In this document: in pieces, positions 63,747 to 64,000 of the stretch
Layout: each line of letters begins with the position of its first letter
Position numbering within the stretch: position 1 is the stretch's first letter
Source of the DNA: Candidatus Eiseniibacteriota bacterium
GTDB taxonomy: Bacteria > Eisenbacteria > RBG-16-71-46 > CAIMUX01 > VGJL01
Reading direction: 5' to 3'
DNA length: 64,000 nt
NCBI GenBank assembly: GCA_963792585.1
Contig: CAWBWI010000004.1
Span: 256,001-320,000 of the forward strand
Position numbers and translations under genes: made by a program
The notes under the pieces: generated by a model
Told to the model about the DNA's origin: nothing
What the model saw: only the letters and a program-made list of their open reading frames with translations
Database searches by the model: none

Positions 63747-64000
63747 TTGAATCTGCGCGACCTGCTCCTGAAGACCCAGAAGATCGACCGGCGGATCATC
63801 TACACCGTCCTCTTCGTAGCTGTCATCCTCCCCTTCTACATCTCCTGGCCATCCGTGCGGATCGATGTCTCCCGGGAAGTCGAGGACACGTACAAGACGA
63901 TCGATGCCATACCGCCGCACGACAATCCGCTGTTGCTCTCGTTCGATTACGACCCGGCCTCCGCCGCCGAACTGACGCCGATGGCCGAGGCGGTCCTCCG
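63747..64000 (+). CDS. Conserved membrane protein (runs off the window end)
   Basis: 'KIDRRIIYTVLF...LLLSFDYDPASAAELTPMAEAVL'. Confidence 0.7.
   Translation, partial: MNLRDLLLKTQKIDRRIIYTVLFVAVILPFYISWPSVRIDVSREVEDTYKTIDAIPPHDNPLLLSFDYDPASAAELTPMAEAVL

Overview
High-GC bacterial DNA, probably from an FCB-related candidate phylum such as Ca. Eisenbacteria, Krumholzibacteriota or Latescibacterota. This is inferred from the many proteins with FlgD-Ig/T9SS-like tails or TTWGxxKxxYR tails. Many single-base frameshifts, including in housekeeping genes, look like long-read assembly errors. The window has two parts. (1) About 1-38 kb is an accessory region: roughly 15 secreted modular proteins, almost all on the minus strand. 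They are built from RCC1, LVIVD, SBBP and NHL propellers, beta-helices, an S8 protease and lectin-like domains, joined by about 28 copies of a 6-Cys GACC module, and each ends in one of two mutually exclusive C-terminal tails. Between the genes lie nine co-oriented copies of an unannotated 70-360 bp repeat, mostly just 3' of a gene, plus one near-complete rve-type IS and several decayed copies of it. (2) About 38-64 kb looks like core chromosome: DUF169, an ornithine cyclodeaminase/Ala dehydrogenase family gene, a glgD-like/glgC pair, a probable selenocysteine (UGA) rhodanese fusion, two M14 carboxypeptidases, ATL, tRNA-Asp, a peptidoglycan-recycling cluster (murQ, OMP, anmK, spoIID, nagZ), a fur-feoB-Cys-rich-dtxR/feoA operon, an HExxH lipoprotein and a DUF6754-type membrane operon. 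The best candidates for novelty are the repeat-punctuated cassette-like array of shuffled, hypervariable secreted proteins, the TTWG sorting tail, and the Sec-rhodanese. All family assignments come from motif recognition by eye; no searches were run.
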